From Ruminococcus bicirculans (ex Wegman et al. 2014) (GTDB lineage Bacteria > Bacillota > Clostridia > Christensenellales > DTU072), in the NCBI GenBank assembly GCA_963642145.1, contig CAVIFU010000004.1, positions 1 through 62,133 of the forward strand: DNA of 62,133 nt, read 5' to 3'. This document shows, piece by piece, positions 23,873-34,169 of this stretch. Position 1 is the stretch's first letter. Every line of letters begins with the position of its first letter. The notes beneath the pieces are model-generated. The model made no database searches. It was not told where the DNA came from and saw only the letters and a list, made by a program, of their open reading frames with translations. Position numbers and translations under genes: made by a program.

Positions 23873-26503
23873 TTAGGCATTTCTGCCGTTAACAAGATCA
23901 TAGTATAGGTCTTTGCTGTTCGGGACCGGATCGCCTGGCTCTATGTACGGGGCGCCCTTGGTGAAGTCGGTACAAACTATGTAACAGTCGTTACTTAACT
24001 TAAGACCTGCCGGAGCACCGGAAATGAACTTTGTAACCACCCCCTCGACGGCGGTAAGTGCATCGCTCTCGCTCAGCGGTACGGAGAAAGCTTTCATTTG
24101 AGCAGATTCGTCAATGCGGACTCTGTTTACGTCCGCTGTCGCCATCAGCCCTATGCCGAATATGCCAAAGCTTACGTACTGTTTGTTGTTGTAACGGTAA
24201 TAGGCGTTCTCGAACGCGCTTCCGCCGATTATTTCCTTAACTACGCCGGACGCGGCTTTCATCAACAGATCCTGAACATTATCGTCCAGCCTAAGGCGAA
24301 CGAACATGGTTTTTGTTACGATTTCCGCTATTTCCGTACTTTCTTTCCAATTGTAGACGTCCATGAACCCTTCGACGTTGATATTTGCTTTCATCGGCTT
24401 ATTGATCGTCTCGGAATTGGTTATATCCAAATACAATTGCACCGCCGCGCCGCCCGACGACTTAAACACGTTGTTGCGTAGCGTGATATCACCTTCAAAA
24501 TAATACTCGCTGCTATAGCTCAAACTGAAAGAGGAAAGATAGTTGTCGCCGAAAATACAGCCCTCAACAAGCACTTGTTTACACCTGTTTATGGTAATCC
24601 CTTCCGTAGTGTTAAACACTTGACAATAGCGTATCTCTATGGGCGTTTCCATCGTGTGGAATTCTATCATACCGCCGGTATTGGTGGCTTCCTCCACGCT
24701 GTTCGCGCCCTTAATGGCTACGTCCTCTATGATAAATTTGCCTTCGCTTATGTTGTTGTGGTGGTCGTAGGTATCGTTATATTCGTACATCACTTTGGGC
24801 GAAAGAACGCGCCAATAGGTCCACTTATTTTCCCGTGCCGAAAGCTCCGCGTAATCGAATGTAAAGCCGTTACCGTATATGCTCGAGAACAACCCGTACG
24901 TGCATGTAGCCACAATATCGTTTTGGAATACGAGATCGTATTCTTGCGCGTTTATAGCCGCCTTCATTTGCTCGTAGTCGTATAAATTGACGCTCTTTAC
25001 CTTGCTTTGGAAAGAGAATTTGAAACTGCGGCTGACTCTCTCCACTTTTCTGTTGTCAACCACAAGGGTTGCCGTTACCGTGACGGAATTGCCTGCAACC
25101 GCTTCTTTGAAAGTGATGTCCACGTCGTTGTTTACACCGGTAGGCGTCAAACTCGCGTATTCCTCGTTGTCAACGCTCCAAGCGACGTCAAAGGTGCCGT
25201 TGTCGTCCAACAGACCGAAGTTATAGGTGCTGGTAAGGTTATAGCATTTGCCCGCGCCCCAAGGTTTGAGCGCGCCGTCTTCCGCCTCCGTAAGCCAATA
25301 CAGCCCCCAAGTGCGTTTGAGCTGAATGCCGCGTTTGGCGTCCGCCGTACCTAAGGCAAGCTCAAACGTCACGGGACGCTCTTTAACGGTATATTCCTTA
25401 TCGACGCTACCGCCGCCGTATGTCGCCGTTATAGTGGCAATGCCTGCTTTAAGCGGCGTCAGCGCGCCGTCCGAAGACACTTCGAGAACGTCCGGCGCAC
25501 TGCTTACGTATGTAACGCCCGAAACGCTTTTGCCCGTCTCCAAATAGGCTATGCCGGTAGTGTAGGGACCGTTGTTTGTGTAGACGGTGTCCAAACCGTC
25601 CGTGAATCCTACGGCTCCCTTGTCGCACTTGACTACCGTTACGTCGGAAACAAGCGCGTCCTCGCCTTCGCGTTCGTATCTAAGCTCGAATCTGTTGAAA
25701 GTCGCTTGCTCTTCTATCAATTTGACTTTTGTGTAAGCGGGGGACAGCGCGATATTTTGTAGTACCCAGTCTGACGTTATTCCGTCCGATTTCGAAATAT
25801 AAACACGCTCGGTACGCGCCACACAGCTGTACGTATCGATCTCTATTTTCTTGCTGAGGTAGTTCGCGTCTTTGTCGCGCATATCGAGGACGATCGTGGT
25901 TGCCCCGTGTCCCACGGGCGTGACAACGCCGTTGGAATTTACCGTGGCTACACTATCGTCTTCGCTCCTCCAAGTCGCCGAGACAAGCGCGTCTATCGGG
26001 TATATGTCGGCTATGAGTCGCGTTCTGCCGGTAAGTTTCAGATTCTTTTCTATCGCGTCGCCGTTGGCGTCGTATATGTTCACGTCGTTTATGGTGTCGG
26101 TCGTTACGTTTATCGTTACTTCCTTAGCGATGTTGACGTTGGCGGTGGCGCGCACGTCCAATTTGCATATGCCTACTTCCTTCGGGATGACGGAATACTT
26201 GTTGGTTTTGCCGATGCGTTCAAGTTTGACTCTGCCGTCGCCGGCGTCCTCGTCTATCTCGTAAGTTACTGTCTTGTCTTTGGTTATCCCCGGCAGCACT
26301 TCGAATATCAAAAACTCGTTCTTTTCCTCTATATCGACTTTGACTATGTCTCCGCGTTTCAGCTCGACGTTATCCGAGTTCTTGACGATGATGTCTGTGG
26401 GATTAACAGGCGTTGTGCTTTGGATAATAGCCCCCGTCGCGTTAAGCGCAAGAACGACAATTACCGGTATAAGAAAAATTACGCCTATCAGGAATTTTTT
26501 CAT
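23873..26503 (-). CDS. Secreted Big_2 (Ig-like) plus parallel beta-helix protein, paralogue B (876 aa)
   Basis: Signal peptide MKKFLIGVIFLIPVIVVLALNA, Big_2-like blocks (ATVNSNGVVTPVGHGATTIVL; VLEVSSDGALTPLKAGIATITATYGG) and C-terminal beta-helix-like repeats (IRYCQVFNTTEGITINRCKQVLVEGCIFGDN). Confidence 0.85.
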   Translation of the reverse strand: MKKFLIGVIFLIPVIVVLALNATGAIIQSTTPVNPTDIIVKNSDNVELKRGDIVKVDIEEKNEFLIFEVLPGITKDKTVTYEIDEDAGDGRVKLERIGKTNKYSVIPKEVGICKLDVRATANVNIAKEVTINVTTDTINDVNIYDANGDAIEKNLKLTGRTRLIADIYPIDALVSATWRSEDDSVATVNSNGVVTPVGHGATTIVLDMRDKDANYLSKKIEIDTYSCVARTERVYISKSDGITSDWVLQNIALSPAYTKVKLIEEQATFNRFELRYEREGEDALVSDVTVVKCDKGAVGFTDGLDTVYTNNGPYTTGIAYLETGKSVSGVTYVSSAPDVLEVSSDGALTPLKAGIATITATYGGGSVDKEYTVKERPVTFELALGTADAKRGIQLKRTWGLYWLTEAEDGALKPWGAGKCYNLTSTYNFGLLDDNGTFDVAWSVDNEEYASLTPTGVNNDVDITFKEAVAGNSVTVTATLVVDNRKVERVSRSFKFSFQSKVKSVNLYDYEQMKAAINAQEYDLVFQNDIVATCTYGLFSSIYGNGFTFDYAELSARENKWTYWRVLSPKVMYEYNDTYDHHNNISEGKFIIEDVAIKGANSVEEATNTGGMIEFHTMETPIEIRYCQVFNTTEGITINRCKQVLVEGCIFGDNYLSSFSLSYSSEYYFEGDITLRNNVFKSSGGAAVQLYLDITNSETINKPMKANINVEGFMDVYNWKESTEIAEIVTKTMFVRLRLDDNVQDLLMKAASGVVKEIIGGSAFENAYYRYNNKQYVSFGIFGIGLMATADVNRVRIDESAQMKAFSVPLSESDALTAVEGVVTKFISGAPAGLKLSNDCYIVCTDFTKGAPYIEPGDPVPNSKDLYYDLVNGRNA

Positions 26504-29235
26504 AAGTTACCGCCTCTGAGTTTGCTGTACAATTCTATGCTGTTGGGCACAGGGTCTCCGGGCATTATTTCGGGCTCTCCTTCGGTAAAGTCCGGGCAAA
26601 TAATGTACGACGTGTTGCCTATCGTTTCTACGTTCATGGTGTTCTTTAATATACTCTCTATCGTTCCCAAATTAGGCGTAAGCGGTTTACCGCTTTCGTC
26701 ACAGAAATTAAGTTCTATCGTAGCCAATTGCGCGCTGTCGGCTATCGTTGTGCAATCTTTATCGTACTCGTACATCGCGCCGCACTCGAATATGCCCATA
26801 CTTACATATTTTTTGCCGGCATAGCCGTAATACATTTTCTCCGAGCCCTTGGTGCCGGAGCCTACCGCCTCCTTGATAATCTTCGATACGGAACCCGAGA
26901 AGAAGTTGATAATTCCCTCGCCGTTCTCTACGTATCCGAGTACGTACTGGAATACCATCTTGGTTATGGCGTCTATGAATTCTTCCTCTTCTTTCCAGTT
27001 GTAGATATCCAAACAACCGTCTATCGTCAGTTTCGGCGCGTAATTGCCCCTGAAATCGTTATCCGGGGAAGACTGCATGAAGATGATGGCGGGACCTTGG
27101 CTCTGCTTGATGACATTATTGCGTAACGTCAACTCGCAATTGTTGCCTTTTCTGCGATGATTGACGTTCGGGTACGTGGCAAGCAAGCTGTGATTGTTGT
27201 TATCGCCCAAAATACATCCTTCCACCGTCGCATTGCTCAGCTCGTCAAATTCTATGCCCCTATCCGTGTTGTAGATTTGGCAGTACCTGACGTTGACGGG
27301 TAATTCCTTAGGCGCGTCAACACGTCCGTATGTTCCGTATCTCGAGCCTGCCACTCCCTTGGTACCGTGCGTATAGTCCAGCGTTTCTTTGTATATGCCT
27401 CTTGCGCGTATGCCGGAACCGCGATTGACGGCTTCTTCCAACGTCGGCGCGTTGATGACTATCAGGTCGTCGAAATCTATGCTGTAACCGTCATCCGCCC
27501 AATATCCGTGTTCGTCCAATATCGTGCAGACTTCCCAGAAATTATAGTATATCGCGCCGGTATTGGCGTTCATCTCTTCGTCCGGGATGCCGGACGCGTC
27601 CCATTTGAAACCGTTGCCGTATATGCTTGCCGTCAGCTCTTCCGTAACGGCGTTCGCATAAATATCGTTTTGCAATACGAAATCGTTGCACTTCATATTG
27701 GCGTTTACGTACTTGACTTGGTCGAAATCGTATACGTTGACGCTTTCCGTGCGACTGCGCATCTCAAACGTGAAACTGCGTTTCGCGCGCGTATCGACCC
27801 TGCCGTCTACGATAACGGCGGCGGTCAAGGTGATTTTTTGACCTTTGGCGGCGTCTTTGAACGATATGTATACTCCGTTGCCGTCGGTAGGCGTCAAAGA
27901 GGCGTACTCATCGTTATCGACGCTCCAAGCAACGTCGAACGCACCGCTGTCGCCGTAAATGCCGAATGCGAATTTATCGGTAACGGAATATCCCGTATCC
28001 GTCTTTTGGAGCCACTTGAAGCCCCATACCCTCTTGAGCTGTATGCCGAGCTTGGCGTCCGCACTGCCGAGGGTGAGTTCAAACGTCACGGGGCGTTCCT
28101 TGACGGTATAAACCCGATCGAGAGTGCGACCGTTGTATGTTACGCGAATTGTGGCTTCACCCGCGCAAACGGGCTCCAAGAGTCCGTCGGCGCCCACGCC
28201 GAGCACATTCGGATTACTGCTCGAATACGTCACGTTGTCCGTAATGACGTTTCCGCTCGCCAAGTCCGCAATCCTCGCGTAATATACGCCGTTGCGCGTG
28301 TATACGCACGTAATGTCGTCGGCAAACCCTACCGCGCCCTCTTCGCACGCCTCCACTTTTATCGTTTGCGTGTAGATTTGTTCGTCCGCGGTACCTGCGG
28401 CGTAAGTATACGTCAGAGTATAGCTGCCGTCCGCGTTCTTGGTAACGACGGTATCGTTAGGGGAAAGCGCGTAATTGTTCCTGATGTACTCTTCGTTCAC
28501 TTCCGCGGAAGAGTATACGGTATTGCTCTTTGCCACGCACGTGGCTGTGCTTACGGCAAACGAACGGGTGACGAATCCCGAGTTCTTGTCCTTTGCCCTG
28601 ACGGTTATTTCCGTAACGCCGTGCCCTACGGGCGTAACGACGCCGTTTTCACTGACAACGGCTACGTCCGGGACGGAGCTTTGCCACTCCACGTTACTGC
28701 CGGACAACGCTTCCGCCGGGTAGATATCGGCGTAAAAACGCGTCGCGCCGCTTATCTCATACTGCTCGTCTGCCGAAACTCCGAGTTCTTTGCCGTTCGC
28801 GTCGTACACGTTTATCGACTGCAACTTGTTGCTGGTAACCAGTATGGAAACTTCTTTGTACGCGTTGATATTCGCCTTGGCGCGAATGGTGATTTTGGTA
28901 GATCCTATCGATACCGGCACAAGGCTGTATCTGTTGGTGCTGCCAATGCGTTCGAGCTTGACTTCGCCGTCGCCGGCGTCCTCGTCGCGCTCATATGAAA
29001 TCTCCCTGTTTTTGGCTATCGTCGGCAACACTTCCACTATGATGAACTCGTTCGTGTCGTTGATGTCAACCTTGATCACGTCGCCTTTGCCTATCTCGGA
29101 ATTGCCGGAATCTCGCACGTCCAAGCCGGTAGGATTGACCGGAGTGGTACGCTGAATTATCGCGCCCGTCGCGTTAAGCGCAAGGACGACGATAATCGGA
29201 ATTATGAAGATTATGCCTACCAAAAATTTTTTCAT
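26500..29235 (-). CDS. Secreted Big_2 (Ig-like) plus parallel beta-helix protein, paralogue A (911 aa)
   Basis: The first ~36 aa are near-identical to paralogue B. Shared blocks include KERPVTFEL.LG.ADAK.GIQLKR.WG, FDVAWSVDN.EYASLTPT, SIYGNGF and PGDPVPNS. An ATGA overlap joins it to the downstream paralogue. Confidence 0.85.
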   Translation of the reverse strand: MKKFLVGIIFIIPIIVVLALNATGAIIQRTTPVNPTGLDVRDSGNSEIGKGDVIKVDINDTNEFIIVEVLPTIAKNREISYERDEDAGDGEVKLERIGSTNRYSLVPVSIGSTKITIRAKANINAYKEVSILVTSNKLQSINVYDANGKELGVSADEQYEISGATRFYADIYPAEALSGSNVEWQSSVPDVAVVSENGVVTPVGHGVTEITVRAKDKNSGFVTRSFAVSTATCVAKSNTVYSSAEVNEEYIRNNYALSPNDTVVTKNADGSYTLTYTYAAGTADEQIYTQTIKVEACEEGAVGFADDITCVYTRNGVYYARIADLASGNVITDNVTYSSSNPNVLGVGADGLLEPVCAGEATIRVTYNGRTLDRVYTVKERPVTFELTLGSADAKLGIQLKRVWGFKWLQKTDTGYSVTDKFAFGIYGDSGAFDVAWSVDNDEYASLTPTDGNGVYISFKDAAKGQKITLTAAVIVDGRVDTRAKRSFTFEMRSRTESVNVYDFDQVKYVNANMKCNDFVLQNDIYANAVTEELTASIYGNGFKWDASGIPDEEMNANTGAIYYNFWEVCTILDEHGYWADDGYSIDFDDLIVINAPTLEEAVNRGSGIRARGIYKETLDYTHGTKGVAGSRYGTYGRVDAPKELPVNVRYCQIYNTDRGIEFDELSNATVEGCILGDNNNHSLLATYPNVNHRRKGNNCELTLRNNVIKQSQGPAIIFMQSSPDNDFRGNYAPKLTIDGCLDIYNWKEEEEFIDAITKMVFQYVLGYVENGEGIINFFSGSVSKIIKEAVGSGTKGSEKMYYGYAGKKYVSMGIFECGAMYEYDKDCTTIADSAQLATIELNFCDESGKPLTPNLGTIESILKNTMNVETIGNTSYIICPDFTEGEPEIMPGDPVPNSIELYSKLRGGNL

Positions 29236-29295
29236 GTTGCCACATTTTTGTTTTTACTGCTTCGCCGAGTACCCAAACTGCGTGTTTGGGATACG

Positions 29296-30936
29296 CTATT
29301 TGGCAATTCTATTGTAATCCCTGTTGAGGTTGATAGAGTAAATCAATATCGACCCGACAAGGAATACGAGCGCCATCGCGCTACACACTATGTACATCGT
29401 GCGGATGTCCATCGTAACGCCGGCTATACCGGATTTGCCGCCGGAAGACGCCCACCACGAAAGTATCATGCACGTTACGCTCTCTACTATTGCTACCACG
29501 AACCCGAGCGCTACGGACAGAGTAGTACTCGCGTTGTTATTGACGACCTCTCCTTCGCCGGACAGGTTGAAGTACGGTTTTTTGATGTCCCTACGCATCG
29601 ATATAAGGGTAAGTCCCACGGACAGCATTTCCACCACCGCGAACAGCCAAAGCCCTACTTTCCAATCAAGTTGTTTGGTAAATACAAGCACCCCGGTGCC
29701 TATGCCGTTAGACAGCACGGACACGATAAAGTACATCAGGAATTTGGCAAACAGTTGCGTCCTGACGGATACGGGCGCGACTTTGGTGTGGTAGAAGTTA
29801 TCGCCTTCCCTGCTGACGGACGTTGCCGCAAACGAGATGACTATCGTCGCGAATATCAGCATGACAAGCATCGTCATGCCGAGCGCGATTTGTTCGCCGA
29901 CTTTGTTTTTGCCGAGCTGCATGGTAATGTTGTTGCAGAAGTACACCATTACCGGCATGGCGCAGGCAAGCACGAAGTATTGGAAGGAGTAGTTTACGGA
30001 GCGGAAGACCTGCAAAAATTCCTTATGGAGCAAAGTCCCGAACACCGTGCGCCTATGGTTACGCGTGACGTGGCGGAAGGCGCTACCCTCCACTTCTATG
30101 TTATTAAGCAAAGTCTTGGGATATAGCTTGACTATGACAAGCATTGTCCCTACAAGCGTCACCGCGGTAAGCATGATGAGCACGGGATACGCTATATACA
30201 GCTCCTTACCCACGAGAATATCGGCAAAATATTTGGCGGGAATCAAGTATTTGCAAACTCTCTTGATGACGTCGACCACAGCGTCGTCAAAGACGGAGAA
30301 GTCGGAATCGTTCATAAATTCGACCATCTTGTCGAACAGCAACATGTACACGGCGAACATCGCCGTCACGATAAGCGCAAGGCAAATGATGATAAACGCG
30401 AACTTATTGCGCACGCGGTTTGTAAAGTGCATTGCGGGGATCGCCAAAATGTTGCTCAGGAAAAACGGTATGAGTATCAGGAAGAGTATCGATACCGGGA
30501 TCATACCGTAGAAGTCTTTGCCGACGTTCATGACTTCCGCATAAGCGACAAGGAAGGGCGCGACAGCCACAACGGTAACGGTTGTTTGGCTCAGTATGAG
30601 GAACAACGTCTTGCTGATAAAGACTTCCTCGCCGGAAACCGGATAACGCATAAGTATTTCGTTATCGCCTTTGTAGTACAAAACTTTGGTCGTGCCGGAT
30701 ATGCCGGTAGCCAACGTGAATATGAAGAATACGGAGTAAACTATTACAAGGGCTTCGTACGATATGCCGGCTTTGTCGAACATGCGGAAGAATATCCCGG
30801 CTGCCCAATATAAGCCGTACACCAACGCAACCAAAACTACCGCCGTGCTTATGGATTTTAGCCAGGGGTTTTTGGCTGATTTGTAGTCCCCGAATCTGTT
30901 TTTAATCTCCAATTTGAGGAGCGTTCTGACGTTCAT
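29296..30936 (-). CDS. Multi-pass membrane permease partner of the adjacent ABC ATPase (546 aa)
   Basis: Roughly 12 hydrophobic segments, no ATPase motifs, and a 3-nt gap to the upstream ABC ATPase gene. Confidence 0.75.
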   Translation of the reverse strand: MNVRTLLKLEIKNRFGDYKSAKNPWLKSISTAVVLVALVYGLYWAAGIFFRMFDKAGISYEALVIVYSVFFIFTLATGISGTTKVLYYKGDNEILMRYPVSGEEVFISKTLFLILSQTTVTVVAVAPFLVAYAEVMNVGKDFYGMIPVSILFLILIPFFLSNILAIPAMHFTNRVRNKFAFIIICLALIVTAMFAVYMLLFDKMVEFMNDSDFSVFDDAVVDVIKRVCKYLIPAKYFADILVGKELYIAYPVLIMLTAVTLVGTMLVIVKLYPKTLLNNIEVEGSAFRHVTRNHRRTVFGTLLHKEFLQVFRSVNYSFQYFVLACAMPVMVYFCNNITMQLGKNKVGEQIALGMTMLVMLIFATIVISFAATSVSREGDNFYHTKVAPVSVRTQLFAKFLMYFIVSVLSNGIGTGVLVFTKQLDWKVGLWLFAVVEMLSVGLTLISMRRDIKKPYFNLSGEGEVVNNNASTTLSVALGFVVAIVESVTCMILSWWASSGGKSGIAGVTMDIRTMYIVCSAMALVFLVGSILIYSINLNRDYNRIAK

Positions 30937-30939
30937 AGT

Positions 30940-31713
30940 CTATTTGTCGGTATAATATATGGTGCGCATAAGCGTATTTTGTTCGTTGATGTAGTCTTGC
31001 TCGGTGGCGGTAATTTCGCAGAAAGTCTTTTCAAGCGTTTCTTTGTTGCCCTTGATGTGCAGATCTATGACTCCTTGCAATTTGCCGTCCTTGATGATGG
31101 CGACTCTGTCGCATATTTTGGCTACCAAGTCCAGGTTGTGCGATGAGAAAAATACCGTATTGCCCTCCGCGCAATGCTCGTCCATGCGTTTGAGTATCTC
31201 CACCATCGATTGATGGTCAAGACCCATCATCGGTTCGTCCAATACCCACAGCTTGGGATTGTGGATAAGAGCCGCGATAATGCATATTTTTTGCTTCATG
31301 CCGTGCGAATACGATTTGATTTGGTTATCCACGGCTTTGTTGAGCTTGAATTGGCTGACGTACTTCTCGAACCGCTCGTCGCGATCGCGCTTACCTACGC
31401 GGTACAGGTCCGCTGTGTAGTTGACATACTCTCTGCCGGTAAGCTTTTCGTATACGGAGTGGTTGTCCGGCACGTAGCCCATGTTGAGTTTGGCGTTGAT
31501 GGGATCTTTGGCTATATCGTAGCCGCAAATCTTGATTGTGCCCGACGTAAACGGATAAATTCCCGTAAGGCACTTGATTGTCGTTGACTTGCCGGCGCCG
31601 TTTTGACCCAAAAAGCCGAATATTTCGCCGGGTTTAAGCGAAAGGGAGAGGTCTTCTACCGAGAATCTTTCGCTTCCCATGTACTTCTTATACAGATGAC
31701 TGATTTCTAACAT
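30940..31713 (-). CDS. ABC transporter ATP-binding protein (ABC-2/exporter type)
   Basis: Walker [10 protein letters not shown], signature YSHGMKQK, Walker [13 protein letters not shown]. Confidence 0.9.
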   Translation of the reverse strand: MLEISHLYKKYMGSERFSVEDLSLSLKPGEIFGFLGQNGAGKSTTIKCLTGIYPFTSGTIKICGYDIAKDPINAKLNMGYVPDNHSVYEKLTGREYVNYTADLYRVGKRDRDERFEKYVSQFKLNKAVDNQIKSYSHGMKQKICIIAALIHNPKLWVLDEPMMGLDHQSMVEILKRMDEHCAEGNTVFFSSHNLDLVAKICDRVAIIKDGKLQGVIDLHIKGNKETLEKTFCEITATEQDYINEQNTLMRTIYYTDK

Positions 31714-31723
31714 TTATGCTCCC

Positions 31724-31744
31724 GTGCGCGCGCTATGCGCGCAC
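31724..31744. repeat. GC-rich hairpin in the 5' leader of the ABC operon
   Basis: GTGCGCGC-GCTAT-GCGCGCAC (8-bp stem), lying between a TATAAT and the GGGAG RBS on the minus strand. It is related to the element at 19989-20007. Confidence 0.5.
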
Positions 31745-31835
31745 ATTATATATCTTATATATAGGGTAAGTGTAACATACATTTACAATACTGTCAACAA
31801 AAATTTATCATCGCGTTTTTGCGACGCGAGTTCCG

Positions 31836-31864
31836 TTGCAAAAAAATTAATTAAGTGCTAAAAT
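31836..31864 (+). promoter_or_regulatory. Candidate promoter of nagB
   Basis: TTGCAA (31836-31841), a 17-nt spacer, then TAAAAT (31859-31864). The RBS AAAGGAGG precedes the ATG at 31901. Confidence 0.5.
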
Positions 31865-31900
31865 TTATTTACTCGGAATACCCCTATAAAGGAGGCAACA

Positions 31901-32626
31901 ATGTTTGTAATACACACGTCGGATTATGACGAAATGAGCAAAAAAGCATACGAGATTATGCGTGGAATTCTCGTAAATAAAAACGCCGTGCTCGGTTTGG
32001 CTACCGGCAGCACGCCGATAGGTCTGTATCGCGAAATGATAGCCGATTACGAAAAAGGCAACGTCAGCTACAAAGATATGATATCCGTCAACCTCGACGA
32101 ATACGTGGGATTGCCCGTAACTCATCCCGAAAGCTACCGCGCCTTCATGAACCGCAACCTGTTCGATCACATAGACATCGACAAAACCAATACCCACGTA
32201 CCGGACGGACTTGCAAAAGACTTGCAAAAAGCCGCGGACGAGTACACCGCCTTCGTAGCCGCTCATCCGATAGACGTCCAACTGCTCGGTATAGGCGGTA
32301 ACGGACACATCGGTTTCAATGAGCCCGGCACACCCTTCGATTCTCACACCCACGTCGTGGAATTAAAGCAAAACACTCGTCGCGACAACGCAAGGTTCTT
32401 CGATAACGACATAAACAAAGTTCCTACTCATGCCGTTACCATGGGACTCAAAGACATAATGTCTGCAAAAACCGTCATACTGCTCGCAAGCGGAGCAAGC
32501 AAAGCCCCTGCCATACGCGATATGGTTAACGGCGCCGTAAGCGAAAATTGCCCCGCAAGCATACTCCAAACGCACCCGAACGTCTATGTTGTGGTAGACG
32601 ATTCCGCCGGCTACTACGTCAAATAA
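31901..32626 (+). CDS. nagB: Glucosamine-6-phosphate deaminase
   Basis: LGLATGSTPIGLYREMI, NLDEYVGL and IGGNGHIGFNEPG are characteristic NagB blocks. Confidence 0.9.
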   Translation: MFVIHTSDYDEMSKKAYEIMRGILVNKNAVLGLATGSTPIGLYREMIADYEKGNVSYKDMISVNLDEYVGLPVTHPESYRAFMNRNLFDHIDIDKTNTHVPDGLAKDLQKAADEYTAFVAAHPIDVQLLGIGGNGHIGFNEPGTPFDSHTHVVELKQNTRRDNARFFDNDINKVPTHAVTMGLKDIMSAKTVILLASGASKAPAIRDMVNGAVSENCPASILQTHPNVYVVVDDSAGYYVK

Positions 32627-32799
32627 ACAGCGCAATCTGTATCTGTAGATACGATTTAAGTGTTATTTCGGCGCATCGCGCATATATAAGCCGACCGTGC
32701 GCGCCGTCCTCGACCCCACGCTATTCTGTTGCTCAAGATACATAATGCATGTATTTTCGGTGCGATGTATATCGCTTACGCGAAGAATCGATATAAATT

Positions 32800-32845
32800 A
32801 AAAGAGCTGCCGGGCGATATCGCTTAGCAGCTCTTCTTCGTTTTG
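32800..32845. terminator. Bidirectional terminator between nagB and the SIS gene
   Basis: AAGAGCTGC (32802-32810) pairs with GCAGCTCTT (32827-32835). It is flanked by an A-run upstream and TCTTCGTTTT downstream. Confidence 0.55.
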
Positions 32846-32856
32846 CTTTGATATAA

Positions 32857-33891
32857 TTATTTAGTAATAGTTACCTTTTTGCGGTTGCGCGGCGTATCGG
32901 GATTTATTCCGAGCGCCTCCGCAACATACGCAACGTACAATTCTATCGCCATGGTATACACAAACGGTACAAACATGCCTTTAACCGACGGCATACGCAA
33001 AGACGCCACGGACATGCGCGCCACGTCGTCTATATCCGTAACCGATACAACATCCGCGCCGAGCAAATTCAAACGTGCCGTCATATCGATGAACTCGCTT
33101 GTCATTTCCGAATCGGGCGCAAGCATGATTACTTTTGTGCCCTCTTCCACTATGGATATTGGTCCGTGCATAAATTCCGCCGTGGAGAACGGACGAGAAA
33201 GTTTATAGCAAATTTCCATCATTTTGAGTGAAAGTTCACTCGAAACGCATTGCGTCAATCCGCGCGTCAAGATGATAAAGTTATTGAGATCCTTGGTTTC
33301 TTCGGCAAATGCTCTGATTTTATCGTTTTCTTCCGCAATAAAGTCCTCTAAAATCGGAGGCAATTCGGAAATATTCATTTTCGCCGGTGCGTCGGACAAA
33401 GCGTTCGCCAACATATACATTGCCGTGAGCTGTCCGAGGAAAGTTTTGGTTGCGGATACGCTCTCCTCGACGCCTGCGTTTAAGTTGATGTGGTAATGCG
33501 CCATGCGCGCAAGAGGCGACGTCGGATTATTGGTAACGGCTACCGTCAACGCGCCGGCTGCCTTGGCGTTTTCCATAACAAGCAGGGTATCCGTGCTCAT
33601 GCCGCTCTGCGATATGGCAAGCACCATATTGTTGCCGAGTTTGAGTTTGGCGCCGTATACCGTGGTTACCGAGGGGGAACATTTGCTTACGGTGCATTCG
33701 CCGATAGTCTCCATCACGTACTTGAAGTACGTGGCGGCGTTATCGCTCGTGCCGCGCGCGATGGTGGTTATATTGGTAATTCCTCTCGCTTTGAATTCTT
33801 TTGCTATTTCTTTAAGAACGGGTTTATTGGTGGCCACAACGCTTCTGACGACATCGGGCGCCGCCAAGAACTCGCTTAACATTATCGACAT
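32857..33891 (-). CDS. Double-SIS-domain sugar-phosphate isomerase/deaminase (GlmS C-terminal / AgaS / FrlB-like)
   Basis: ARGTSDNAATYFKYVME, ISQSGMSTDTL and SVSATKTF are SIS blocks; there is no glutaminase domain. The track's TTG start abuts the AGGAGG, so I chose the ATG at 33891 (MSIMLSE). Confidence 0.8.
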   Translation of the reverse strand: MSIMLSEFLAAPDVVRSVVATNKPVLKEIAKEFKARGITNITTIARGTSDNAATYFKYVMETIGECTVSKCSPSVTTVYGAKLKLGNNMVLAISQSGMSTDTLLVMENAKAAGALTVAVTNNPTSPLARMAHYHINLNAGVEESVSATKTFLGQLTAMYMLANALSDAPAKMNISELPPILEDFIAEENDKIRAFAEETKDLNNFIILTRGLTQCVSSELSLKMMEICYKLSRPFSTAEFMHGPISIVEEGTKVIMLAPDSEMTSEFIDMTARLNLLGADVVSVTDIDDVARMSVASLRMPSVKGMFVPFVYTMAIELYVAYVAEALGINPDTPRNRKKVTITK

Positions 33892-33976
33892 AGCGACATA
33901 CAACCTCCTGATATAGGTCTACGTTTATTATATGATAAACAAAATTTTTTGTAAAACAAAAAACATAAAAAAGTGG

Positions 33977-34005
33977 TTGACAATTTTGTCGCGTATAAAT
34001 ATAAT
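33977..34005 (+). promoter_or_regulatory. Consensus sigma-A promoter for tRNA-Thr
   Basis: TTGACA (33977-33982), a 17-nt spacer, then TATAAT (34000-34005), 17 nt before the tRNA 5' end. Confidence 0.7.
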
Positions 34006-34022
34006 ATAAGAGCATTAGATGT

Positions 34023-34098
<76 letters not shown>

Positions 34099-34100
34099 AT

Positions 34101-34137
34101 AAGGCTGTTAGGAAACTTCCTAACAGCCTTATTTTTG
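34101..34137. terminator. Bidirectional rho-independent terminator (tRNA-Thr / MATE gene)
   Basis: AAGGCTGTTAGG-AAACTT-CCTAACAGCCTT (12-bp perfect stem) followed by ATTTTT. Confidence 0.85.
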
Positions 34138-34169
34138 TGCTTTGTTACGCTTAAATTACTTATTATGAC

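Noticed and set aside
27367-28998. A 543-aa ORF antisense to the 911-aa Big_2/beta-helix gene. Similar shadow ORFs occur at 5567-6655, 12212-13192, 10193-11071, 43306-44166, 46456-47376 and 58760-59542.
   Set aside because: All lie fully inside better-supported genes on the opposite strand, are Arg/Val/Gly-rich, and lack ribosome-binding sites. I treat them as shadow ORFs.
31865-32353. A 162-aa ORF antisense to nagB.
   Set aside because: It lies completely within nagB on the opposite strand, and nagB homology is unambiguous.
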